NCBI GenBank assembly: GCA_977017645.1 | Contig: OZ360249.1 | Span: 35,340,001-35,404,000, forward strand | Source of the DNA: Torpedo marmorata | Lineage: Eukaryota | DNA length: 64,000 nucleotides | Reading direction: 5' to 3' | In this document: positions 52,021-63,960 of the stretch, piece by piece | How the letters are laid out: every line of letters begins with the position of its first letter | Numbering within the stretch: the first letter of the stretch is position 1 | Notes under the pieces: model-generated | The model's database searches: none | What the model was told of the DNA's origin: nothing | Seen by the model: the letters and a program-made list of their open reading frames with translations, nothing else | Program-made: the position numbers and the translations under genes

Positions 52021-55000
52021 ACCCAAGCAGGTCAGAGCAAGGAAATGGACTGAAGATACACAGTATACACCAGTCAGATCATAAAAAATTGGAAATCAAT
52101 CAGCAATAATTAAATATATTTAAATAAACCCAGTTAAACGGATAATATGTTTCATACAAAACCTTCTCCCTTGCAGTTGTTTCTTCCCAATGCAAAATAA
52201 TGGACACAGTATTCCTCAGTTCAGATAAATCCAACATAAGAATAGTGGGGTGACCTCCATTTGTAAGCATATGCGGATGATTCCCCACCTCTGCTGGACT
52301 GTGTGACAAAGTGCAGAGAACCACCCATATTGATCAATCAAGGTAAAATTGGAGCTTCTGCAATTCCACAGAAATCCAAGATTATGTTTGTAGAGACCTA
52401 CAATTCGAGGCAAAATTGATTTCCCCCCTCCCCCCCCCATAGGAAGTTCTGTGCCAACATAATGGGTTGGCTTATATTTTTGGATATCTGTCAAAAGTAT
52501 CTGGCACACACCACACATTACTTTTGCAGTCTTTCAATACAGACATTATTAAAATCTCTTTTCAAATCCATTGCACCATTTTAACCATCCTAATCTTGGA
52601 GTTACTTTTAATCTGAAAGCTGTCATGCAGTCTGTTGAGTTACCCAATCTGAGAAAGTGAATAACAATGCAGATAAGAGCAGATCAGATAAAATACTACT
52701 TTTTATTTATCTTTTCACTATCTTGTTAAGATGTTTCTAAATTGATGGCTTGATTCAAAAGTACTGGTATATAAAAAAAATACTTCTATAATTGAATCTT
52801 GTCATACATAAACAAGTGAAATTGTCAAATTGTAACAAAAATGGAAATCAACAAATATGGAGCAGTGTGTTAAGGTAAATGAAAGAAGTGAAAAGAGAAT
52901 TGTATAAATTTTACGAGACAGGTTTGAAGGGATTAAAGCACTAGCCAAAAGGTCAGTGCTGCTCATGTGTGACTATACTCAAAGTGGATAATGACTGAGG
53001 AATTCACAACCAAACTACGTGCGCTTTGTAATATTTAGGATAGCTGTGGCTGCTTAAGGTCCAGTTCAAATAGTACAAAGTATTTTTATAGACTAATAAT
53101 AAACTGTGACTGTGACAAATTCCCTTTGTACTCTTTTGATCTCTCACTGAATCTACCTAATTGCTTAACCATATACACGATAGGCTACAAGTAAACTAAT
53201 GCAGTGAAATTATTGATTTTTATGAATTGAGACATTTTAATGCAGACTCATTTTGGGGGCAATAATATTTCAGCACCAGAACTTGTTAATACATGTTAAC
53301 ATTCAGAAACTAAGTACAAAATTGTGGTTCAAACAACAGGGAGATTCGACCACATCTGTGCTCAGAGAATAACCTAGGTTGTGCTTTCAAAATTGAAGAA
53401 TTTCAGTGTGTACGCAAATTAAAAGTATATCTAAAATATATTCAAGTCCCTTCCATGTTTATTCCTGACAAATTCAGATTCTTCCTGATAAATCTTCTCA
53501 TCCTAAACTGTGCTCAATGCGTAACTGTATATATCATTCATGTTCAGTACTGTAAATTAGTGATTCAATTTAACGGCACAAATCTTTTATTAAGCAAAAT
53601 AAACACATTGAGAAAAGGGCAACTTGCTTGCTTGGGCTTACCCCCACACAGGCAGACTGGTTCTGCCCATTTCAACAGTAAATCATTTCTACTGCAATTG
53701 GTCACGTGCTGTAATTCTTAAAGAGATATACATCAATTGCATGAGCCATATATTTTACATCTTTCTTTTGTTAATGAAATGCAAACTTTCAAATTAATGG
53801 TCCAGTGTCTATGTACTTGTCATGAAGTCTTTTAGACAATTGGGATGATAAATTGTTCAGGAGTTGTTCCATAAAAGTTGCAATTCTCTTGGGGCCTACC
53901 AAGTTCTCACTCCTTATATTTAGTTGTGAATCATTCAATATTTCGACATCAGCTTTGTTAGAGTGAAGAGCCCAACCAACACCATAGTGCATCCTTCTCG
54001 GTCAGCTGTCGGAGTGACTCACACATCTTAACTTCCTGGGATGGCGGCTATCCTGCTATAAGTTGTACTCTCAGCTGTCATGACTTTGTATGACCTACGT
54101 TGTGATGTGTGTTGAGTTCTCGCTGCCTCTGTCATGCCTGGTGTTTTATGTGGCCTTCAATGTATCTCTGTTAGCAGTGGTACACACTTGTCTGATTGCC
54201 TCTGCATTGATGGCGCAGAGGTTGGAAAATGCATTGTCTTGTTGATTGCCTCTAGTTTTGGATTCCAGGTATCTGTTCTGTCCTTGAGATAGACCTTGTT
54301 AAGCATGATATCTCCAGATATGTCTTTGCCTAGGTACCAAATGTTCATGCATCCTCAAAAACATTCTCTGCAATCTCTCTATGCTCTGTGAAAGGACCCA
54401 ATAGAAATGATCCCACATGGTGTGCGATCACTTTCCATATGTACAATTCTTGCATATATGTGATGGTGAATGTTTTCCAACCAAAGCTCACTTTGTCTAA
54501 ATTTACTTCCTATTGTTCCAAGACTTTTGGATGGTGACAGCTTCTTCTTATCATCAAAGTATCATAACAGGATCTGCTATAACTGACTGCTTAATCCTTG
54601 CTGCTCAGAATCCAACCAACGCTATAATATGTCCTTCACATTCAGTTGAGTGACTCGTGCATTCTATGGAGAGAGCAGAAACATACTCATACTGATTGGC
54701 ACCAGGAAGCTTTGTATTCCTGGAGTGTCTGGTTTGGTGGGTATCTGCTTCGCCATCTTGACTTTTGCTGGATCTTGCTATAGACCACTTCTAATGAAAA
54801 AAAAATGTCCTTCAATCGGAATCTTTTTTAATGTAACTTCAGCTGTTTCTTCCTACAGCTGCCCTTCATGGCTTCCAGCTTTTGGTGATGATTTATTGTC
54901 ACTCCTGACGAAAGAGCAATTTATTATCTGTTGTGTGATTTCACCCTGCCCTCCCCCCAACCACCCCACCCCCCCTTCAGTCTTCCAGGTCTGAAATTCC

Positions 55001-56110
55001 TCTGGTGCAAATATGGATTCAAGTTGGCATTCCTCTCCAATTATTGTATATCTACCGAATGGTAACACGCTAAATCTGAGCTCTCCTCATCAAACTCTTC
55101 CACGCTCTCTGAATCCTGTGCACTGAAAATGTTTTGTCTGGCAAAGCATTAAATCAATCGTCATTTATTTGAGGGACTCTTAAAAATGCAACCAGAATTT
55201 TAAACACATCAGGAAACTAAACAATTCTTCTTGCATTTGATTGCAATTATTTTTCTAAGATTATCCTCACTTCCTGCTGCTCTGTGCCACCCTCTGCTTT
55301 GAACGTTTTTTAATAGCATAAACGATTGATTACTGGTTCCTGTTAATACTGTTCCTGGTGTGTGTTAATGCTGGTTAAATGAATTGAAAGGTTAAATGTT
55401 CACACTTAATGATGAAATGAGTTCAAATAGTTTTCTTTAGCACTGTTTGTTTTCTCTGGCTTAAACTAAATTGAAGTTTGTCTGTAATCTGGATTTGAAG
55501 GATACATGGTTTAAATTCCAAAATGACGGTAACATTTCAGTTCAAGGATGTGCTTCAAGAGAAGTTCCAGGCTCTTATTTAAATATCTGTCTGCCATATT
55601 ACTCCAGAGAAAATAAAGCAACAGAACTATTACTCCCATAGAATTTTGAAAACATCACTGAAGAACTCACCTAATATTGGCCACCACAAGATTAAGAAGC
55701 TCTGATAGATTTTTGCATTATTCCTAGGTTATGTAGGATACTGTTACTCCAGTCTCCAAAGGCCTTTCAGTGGCATATCCACAAATATATTGATTTGTAC
55801 ATTTTTCAAACCTTCTTAGGCCTAAGTAGACATTGGACGTTTTGATATCCATGAATGAGGACACCAAAATTTTTTGCAAAAATATTTAGTTCTAGTTTCG
55901 TCGTATTGTATCGAATCTGCGGACATTCAGCAAAACATATGTACATACAAAGAAGTAAGAAAGAAATATGTGTAAGTTAGAAGAACACATTGATAAAATA
56001 TATTATCAGAAAAGATGCAGGAAACAAGGCAATAAAGTCTCAGTTTGTCTTCTATGAAGAGATGGAATAGTGTGAGAGGGCACCAGTGAACAATGGGTTA
56101 TTTCCCCACC

Positions 56111-57432
56111 TCAGAATCAGAATCAGAATTTATTGTCATGAACAAGTCATGAAATTCGGTGTTTTGCGGCAGCATCACAGTGCAATTAACATTCATATTA
56201 ACCATCTAACGACATTACTATAAAAAAAATTATAAACAATAGTGCACGAAAAGTAAGGCAGTGTCTTTGGTTCATTGATTATTCAGGAATCTGATGGCAG
56301 CGGGGAAGAAGCTGTCCTTGTGCCGTTGAGTGCTCGTCTTTAGGCTCCTGTACCTTTTTCCCGATGGAAGCAGAGTGAAGAGGGTGGTGGGGGTCTTTGA
56401 GGATAGAGGCTGCTTTTTTAAGACACCGCCTCATGTAGATGTCCTCGATGGAGTGAAGTTTGGTGCCTGTGATGTCACAGGCCGAGTTAACAACCTTCTG
56501 GAGTTTACTCTTGTCCTGGGAGTTGGCGCCTCCATACCAGGCAGTGATGCAACCAGCCAGAATGCTCTCCACGGTACACCTGTAGAAGTTTACGAGAGTC
56601 TTTGGTGACATACCGAATCTCCGCAAACACCTTACAAAGTATAGCTGCTGACGAGCCTTCTTTGTGATTGCATCCACATGGATGCTCCAGGACAGATCCT
56701 CGGAGATGTTGACACCCAGGAATTTGATATTCTTGACCCTCTCCACTACTGAGCCCTCGATGAGGACTGGGTCATGTTCCCCTAACTTCCTCCTGAAGTC
56801 CACAATCATCTCCTTGGTTTTGCTGACGTTGAGCTCAAGGTTGTTGCCATTACACCATTCAACGAGCTGATCTATCTCCCTCCTGTACGCTTCCTCATTG
56901 CCGTTTTTTATTCTGCCGACAACTGTGGTGTCATCGGCAAACTTGTATATGGCATTGAAATTGTGCCTGGCCACACAGTCATGAGTGTATAACGAGTAGA
57001 GCAGTGGACTAAGCACGTATCCTTGGGGTGCGTCTGTGTTGATAATCAGTGAGGACGAGACGTTGTTTCCAATTCGTACTGACTGTGGTCTTCCGATGAG
57101 AAAGTCAAGGGACCAGTTGCAGAGGGGGGTACAGAGGCCTAGAGTTTGTAGCTTCTTGACCAGCACTGAGGGAATAATGGTATTGAAGGCCGAGCTGTAG
57201 TCGATGAAGAGCAACCGTATGTATGAATTGCTGTTTTCGAGGTGGTCCAGAGCTGAGTGGAGAGCCAGCGATATTGCATCTGCTGTGGAGCGATTGTGGC
57301 GATAGGCGAATTGCAGTGGGTCCAGATCTTTGCTTAGGTATGTGTTAATTCTGGCCATGATCAGCCTCTCAAAGCATTTCATCACAGTAGAAGTTAGTGC
57401 TACTGGGCGGTAGTCGTTGAGGCAGCTCACAC
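56111..57432 (-). mobile_element. 5'-truncated Rex1/Babar LINE (family A)
   Basis: ORF 56279-57430 covers the whole RT ([37 protein letters not shown]). A short deletion near 56380 causes a frameshift. (ATCAGA)n tail. Confidence 0.95.
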
Positions 57433-57723
57433 TACTCTACTCCAACTGCTTGTCACCGGTTAAGTCCACAGGACCTGATTTTGAGTGTGTGGTAAATTCA
57501 ATAAGAATTTGCAGATGTACTGCCTCACTGAGCAAGTGGCTGTCAGGTGAGTTAGGCTCTTCAAGTACAAATCAGAATGATTTCTTTCAGAAAATAAGTG
57601 AACTATTTCAGTACATTGATATCATTTGCAGTAAGCACAACATGTTTTTGAGGATGGGCTAACTTTCACTCAATGATCACAAATCTTTCTAAAAATGGGT
57701 TTCCTCATCTCATGTACAAGTTC

Positions 57724-57890
57724 AGAGTAGCACGGTTAGCGTAGCTGTTAGTGCAATGCTATTACAGTACCAGCGACCCGGGTTCAAATCCGATGTTGTC
57801 TGTAAGGAGTTTCTATGTTCTCCCTGTGTCTGCGTGTTTTTTTTTGGGTGCTCTGGTTTCTTCCCACCCTTCAAAAACGTACGGGGTTCC
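57724..57890 (+). mobile_element. V-SINE, 3'-truncated
   Basis: tRNA head plus V-domain. Confidence 0.8.
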
Positions 57891-57945
57891 ACTTCTCTGT
57901 TCTTCACCATCATTCCCTTAAAGTGCTGCTAAGATTGAATCCTCA

Positions 57946-59015
57946 TGATATAACCATATATAACCATATAACATTTACAGCACAGAAACAGGCCAGTTCG
58001 GCCCTTCTAGTCCATGCCGAACACATTCTCCCACCTAGTCCCACTGACCAGCTCCCGGCCCATAACCCTCCACACATCTCTCGTCCATATACCTATCCAA
58101 CTTTTCCTTAAACATTAAAATTGAACCTGCATCTACCACTTCGGCCGGAAGCTCGTTCCACCCTCCTACCACCCTCTGAGTGAAGAAATTCCCCCTCATG
58201 TTTCCTCTAAACTTTTCCCCCTTCAATCTCAATCCATGCCCTCTTGTTTGAATCTTCCCCTCTCTCAATGGAAAAAGCCTGTCCACATTGACTCTATCTT
58301 TCCACTTCATAATTTTAAATACCTCTATCAAATCACCCCTCAACCTTCTACGCTCCAGGGAATAAAGTCCCAGCCTGTTAAACCTTTCCCTATAAATCAA
58401 ACCCAGAAATCCAGGCAACATTCTTGTAAATCTCCTCTGCACTCTCTCTATTCTGTTTATATCCTTCCTGTAATTCGGTGACCAAAACTGCACACAATAT
58501 TCCAAATTTGGCCTCACCAATGCCTTATACAACTTCAACATGACATCCCAACTCCTATATTCAATACTCTGATTTATGAAGGCCAACATACCAAATGCCT
58601 TCTTCACCACCCTATCTACGTGTGACTCAACTTTCAGGGAATTATGTACCAGATTCCTAAATCCCTCTGTTCTACTGCACTTCTCAATTATCTTCCATTT
58701 AACATGTATGACCTTTGCTGATTAATCCTACCAAAATGTAGCACCTCAAATTTATCAGTATTAAATTCCATCTGCCATGTTTCCGCCCACTCTTCTAACT
58801 GTCCAATATCCCCCTGCAAGCTTTGATATCCCTCTTCACTGTCCACAACACCACCAATCTTTGTATTATCTGCATACTTACTAATCCAATTTACCACCCT
58901 ATCATCTAGATCATTAATATATATGACAAACAACAATGGACCCAGTACTGATCCCTGAGGCACTCCACTAGTCACCGGACTCCAATTTGACAAACAATTT
59001 TCCACCAGTACTCTC
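57946..59015 (-). mobile_element. 5'-truncated CR1 LINE (HER1-like)
   Basis: ORFs with SGVPQGSVLGPLLFVIYINDL, KYADNTKIGG, LYKALVRPNLEYCVQFWSP, LERRRLRGDLIEVFKI, TRGH and FFTQRVV. (ATAACCAT)n tail on the + strand. Confidence 0.95.
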
Positions 59016-59070
59016 TCAAGGTTACAGACTAAATCACGGACCGTCTTAGGATGCAGCCTACTGAACACTA

Positions 59071-59365
59071 CAGATTCAAGATTCAAGATTCCATTATTGT
59101 CATGTAATAAAACAGGAGTAATATTGCATGAAATTGGCTGCTCCATGGCTTGCTGCATGACCCTGACTTTCAGGAGCAGGGGTTGTTGCCAAACCTTAAG
59201 CAGATCGAGGCAGAAAGAGCAGTGCTCCGGTTTCCATCCACCCATCAAAAACGTATGGGGTTTGTAGATTAATTGGTATATTTGGGCAGCATGGGCTCGT
59301 GGGCCGGAAGGGCATGTTACCGCGCTGTATGTCTAAATTTAGAACTTAAAATAAAATTTAGAATT
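59071..59365. mobile_element. Family D tail fragment (-, ~59071-59155) and SINE 3' half (+, ~59222-59365)
   Basis: (CAAGATT)n + attgtcatgtaataa; gtgctccggtttcc...gggctcgtgggccggaaggg...ctgtatgtctaaa. Confidence 0.7.
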
Positions 59366-59698
59366 TAGGTCAGTGTATTCCAATTGTTAAACATCAGCTA
59401 CTACAATTACATGTTTGCCTCTTCAGACTTGACTGGGATAATGCATGGGGAACTTAACAGACCCAAGTGTGGATTTGTCCAGCAATTCCAATAATACCAT
59501 GACAGATAATTCAATGATTCAAATTCCTCTAACAAGTAGGAATGCAAAACCACTGTGCAGGTAAATACTGCTCATAGAGAAGCCCACGGGCTTCTCTGCT
59601 ATTAGTCTGGACATAAACATGGAGAGCCAAGGAAAAGCAACATCCAGATTAATCCTTATGCTTTTGGAGAACTGGTAATTTTTTACCCAAGAATAAAA

Positions 59699-59953
59699 GG
59701 CGGCACGGTTAGTGCAGCGGTTAGCGCAACACTGTTACAGCGTCAGTGATCGGGACCGGGGTTTGAATCCCACGCTGTCTGTAAGGAGTTGGTATGTTCT
59801 CCCCGTGTCTGTGTGGGTTTTCCCCGGGGGCTCCGGTTTCCTCCCACCGTTCAAAATGTACTGGGGGATGTAGGTTAATTGGGTGTAATTGGGTGGGAGG
59901 GCTAGTGGGCCGAAATGGGCTGTTACCGTGCTGTATGTCTAAATTTTTTAAAA
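59699..59953 (+). mobile_element. Full-length V-SINE inserted in the left palindrome arm only
   Basis: GGCGGCACGGTTAG tRNA head, V-domain and tail. The right arm is contiguous at ~63531-63535. Confidence 0.9.
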
Positions 59954-60424
59954 TGTGGCAGATAAAAAGCCTCTTAGCCCATGTATATGTCAGGTATTTC
60001 AAATAACTATCCAAAGATTCCCCAAACCCAACAAGTTTCCATTTTTCAGTGTATATCCAATTCCCTTTTGAATCCCTTCTGTTCTGCCTCACACCATATT
60101 TTCAGGCAAAGTAGTCAAAATCATTACACCCGTCACACTGCTTCAAACTTAATTCACTTTTTGATCTGCTGATGTTGAAGAAATTACTCTATATAATTGC
60201 CAAACCACAAAAGCAAATGTTTATAATTAATGACAGTTAGCGACTGCAGTACAGTACGCATGAGTGGATAGGATCATTGTCCAAGTCTGCCTGAGACTTT
60301 ACTTCTGGAGTAAACCGGTGATTGCCTGCTCATCAAATTAGGTTAGCAATCACTCTGTGAAGGGCTGAACTATGTGGAAAGGGAGAGAGCCTCAGTGATA
60401 GTGATGAGAATATTAAGTGTTGAA

Positions 60425-60570
60425 TGTTGAATGTTAGAGTGTTGAATGTTAGAGGCGCTTAGGCAATTTCTGCCAGTGGCGAATCTGTCTGCCTTGCAGC
60501 AGGCAAAAATAAATTTCATGGAATATGACACTGTCTTATTACTATGACAATAAATTGAATCTTGAATCTT
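60425..60570 (+). mobile_element. Family D 3' tail fragment inserted in the left arm only
   Basis: ggcaatttctgccagtggcgaat...actatgacaataaattgaatcttgaatctt matches the reverse of 27235-27365. Preceded by short duplications of the target (tgttgaa)x3. The right arm reads ggatgatcatcttcaacac without it. Confidence 0.85.
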
Positions 60571-61552
60571 GATCATCCATTATGCTTAAATTTCTTAGAA
60601 GTGTGCTCAAAATTTACTTCCAAAATTGCAGAGAGAAAATGCAGAAAATTCAATATTCTGTATTTTATCAACTTGTCAAAAGGGGGTGATTGGCAAACAA
60701 TCAAGGCTCTCCACTGGCATGTAATATTTATTGGATGTTGAATTGGACACGTAAAAAAAAAGCACTTGCTGAAAATAACCATATTGAAGCACGAAAGCCG
60801 AGAAAATAGACAACAGCGCCCATTTTTGAGCATGGAGATTCCATTTAGCCTGGAGTAGACACTTTTAGTTGAAATCGTGCCAATCAGAAAATTGGACTGG
60901 GCACTTCTGACCATTGATCCATGTGAATGTGTTTGACTTTTCCCAGGTTCAAATAATCATTAGTTGATTTTATTATTCATAATGTCTATTTTGGAGCTCA
61001 AAGCTCCACATTACAATTGTGGTGGGAAAACCTCAGTGTCATTATGATACTAGTTTTATAGCAGCTATTCACTCATTATATGAGTTTGTGATTTTTTTTA
61101 CTATGTTAAGAGTTAACATTAATATCAGATGATGGGCTAATTGGACACTCCCCAAAGTGCAACAACTAAAGGGGAGTGCTTTCTTTTATCTGTCACAATG
61201 CTCATCCAATGGATGCTTCATGGCTAACACAATTGCAAGTGACAATATATCCTTGGGTAACCACCTGCTTTTAAGCAGGGTCATTTGATGGCAAGTAAAA
61301 ACATGCCCATCAATGAAGAGCCTATTCTTGCATTGTGCCTTGGTCTTTCTGATATATTCACTGGCTTAGTTCATTCCAAATCTGTCATCATTGAGATACC
61401 TCAAATCCTGCTCTGCAAAGCCACCAGCACATGAACGAATGAATCTCTGGAACAATTAGTTCAACAGCTTGCTACAACATCTCTAAAATTCCTCATGAGC
61501 GGCACCTCACATGAAGAACACAGACTCCAAGGATCGCCAATGTTCTGGTGTA

Positions 61553-61709
61553 TGGTTTGACCAAAATGTACACAAATACCCTTTAATAAAATCTGGAATA
61601 TGCACTTTAATCACATGTGAATTGTTTGATTGCAAAGTTAAAACAGTGGAGCCAGGGGCAAATAAAGGAAAAAAATGTGTCTTTGTCTCAAACGTTATTG
61701 AGGGCACTG
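61553..61709 (-). mobile_element. Tc1/mariner TIR fragment next to the palindrome apex
   Basis: The minus strand begins TA|CAGTGCCCTCAATAACGTTTGAGACA..., a typical Tc1 long-TIR start. The other end is missing. Confidence 0.75.
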
Positions 61710-62270
61710 TATATCGGAGTGATTAACACATCACTTTATACACCAGAAGAGTGGAGATGCTTGGAGTCTGTGTTCTTCTTGTGAGGTGGCACTCATGAGG
61801 AATTTTAGAGATGTTGTAGCAAGCTGTTGAACTAATTGTTCCAGAGATTCATTCATTCATGTGCTGGTGGCCTTGCAGAGCAGGATTTGATGAGGGATCT
61901 TCATGCATTTTCTGGCCTCCACCATCTCATTATTAATAAGAGTTAAGGCACGAGAGTGTGTTTGAAGGTCTTTCACAGAATTCCAGGTATCTCAATGACG
62001 ACAGGTATGGAAAAACTAAGCCTGTGAATCCATCAGAAAGACCAAGGCATAATGCGAGAATAGGCTCCTCATTGTTGGACACGTTTTACTTCCTGTCCAA
62101 GGAGCCCGTTTTATACCAGCTGGTGAGCCAAGGATATATTGTCTCTTCCAGTAGTGTTAGCCATGAAACATCCATTGGATGAGCATTGTGACAGATAATT
62201 TCTGAAGAAAGCACTCCCCTTTAGTTGTTGCACTTTGGGGAGTTTCCAATTCGCCCATCATCTCTTGATA

Positions 62271-62492
62271 CAGTAAAACCCCTGGTATCTGGCACCTATG
62301 GGGATTGTTAGATGGCGGACAAGTGAATTTTCCGGTTGCTTGAGGTTGTGTGTTGCGTGGATTGGCGAACTAACAGCAAGGCGTGCCAATTGTAAACTTC
62401 CATATTTTTTACCTATTTATTTTCTGCAATTTTTTTGCTGGTTGCTTGAGGCTGCCGGTTGCTTTAATTCCAGATAACAGGGGTTTTTACTT
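62271..62492. mobile_element. Tigger/pogo-like MITE in the right arm only
   Basis: TA|CAGTAAAACCCCTGGTATCTGG ... CCAGATAACAGGGGTTTTTACTT|TA. The left arm has the empty site (taacattaatatcagatgatggg, ~61113-61136). Confidence 0.88.
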
Positions 62493-63586
62493 TATTAATG
62501 TTAATCCTTAAAATAGTAAAAAAAAATCAGCAAACTCATATAATGAGTGAATAACCTATAAAACTAGTATCATAATCGCTCTGGGACTCTCCCACCATAA
62601 TTTTAGTGTGGAGCTTTGATCTCCAAAATAGACATTATGAATAATGAAATCAACTCATGAATGTCTGACCCTGGGAAAAGATGAACACATTCACATCGAT
62701 CATGGTTAGAAGTGCCCAGTCCAATTTTCTGATTGGCACAATTTCAACTGGAAGTGTCTACTCCAGGCTAAATGGAATCTCCATGCAATTTTTGCTCAAA
62801 AATGGGAGCTGTTGTCTATTTTCTCGACTTTCGTGCTTCATTATGGTTATTTTCAGCAAGTGCTTTTTTTTTTACAAGTGTCCAATTCAACATCCAATAA
62901 ATATTACATGCCAGTGGAGAGCCTTGATTTTTTGCCAATCACCCCCTTTTGACAAGTTGATAAAATACAGAATATTGAATTTGCAGCATTTTCTCTCTGC
63001 AGTTTTGGAAGTAAATTTTGAGCACGCTTCTAAGAAATTTAAGCATAACGGATGATCATCTTCAACACTTAATATTCTCATCACTATCACTGAGGCTCTC
63101 TCCCTTTGCTCATAGTTCAGCCCTTCACAGAGTGATTGCAACATCATTTGATGAGCAGGCAATCACCAGTTTACCCCAGAAAATAAAGTCTCAGGCAGAC
63201 TTGGACAATGATCCTATCCACTCATGCGTACTGTACTGCAGTCGCTAACTGTCATTAATTATAAACATTTGCTTTTGTGGTTTGGCAATTATATAGAGTA
63301 ATTTCTTCAACATCAGCAGATCAAAAAAGGAATTAAGTTTGAAGCAGTGTGATGGGTGTAATGATTTTGACTACTTTGCCTGAAAATATGGTGTGAGGCA
63401 GAACAGAAGGGATTCAAAAGGGAATTGGATATACACTGAAAAATGGAAACTTGTTGGGTTTGGGGAATCTTTGCATAGTTATTTCAAAGAGCTGATACAG
63501 ACATGGGCTAGGTGGCATTTTTTCTGCCACATTGTGTTGATGTAAAAATTCACCTGTTCTCCAAGAGCTTAAGGATTACTCTAAAT

Positions 63587-63960
63587 CAGTGGTTTTCAAA
63601 CTTTTCTTTCCACTCACATACCACTTTAAGTAATCCCTATGCCGTAGGTGCTCTGTCATTAGTAAGGGATTACTTAAGGAGGTATGCGAGTGGAAAGAAA
63701 AAGTTTGAAAACCACTGTTTTAATCGTACATAATTTACTCGTTATGTGCACGGTTTCATAACTCCAAAGGAAATGGGCCAATGACAATTTTTCTCAAGCA
63801 AAATATTTCAGTAACAATTGGGTCTAGAGCAGTGGTTCTCAACCTTTTTTTCCCACTCACAAACCACCTTAAGTAATCCCTTAATAATCACAGTGCACTT
63901 ATGGCATAGGGATTACTTAAGGTGGTATGTGAGTGGAAAGAAAAAGTTTGAAAACCACTG
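63587..63960. mobile_element. Composite hAT element: two palindromic MITEs (63587-63717 and 63830-63960) around a 112-bp passenger
   Basis: A single perfect 8-bp TSD CTCTAAAT (63579-63586, 63961-63968) flanks the whole unit. Confidence 0.9.

Noticed and set aside
53950-54800. Possible very old LINE or exon remnant
   Set aside because: Composition is suggestive, but no motif could be read with confidence.
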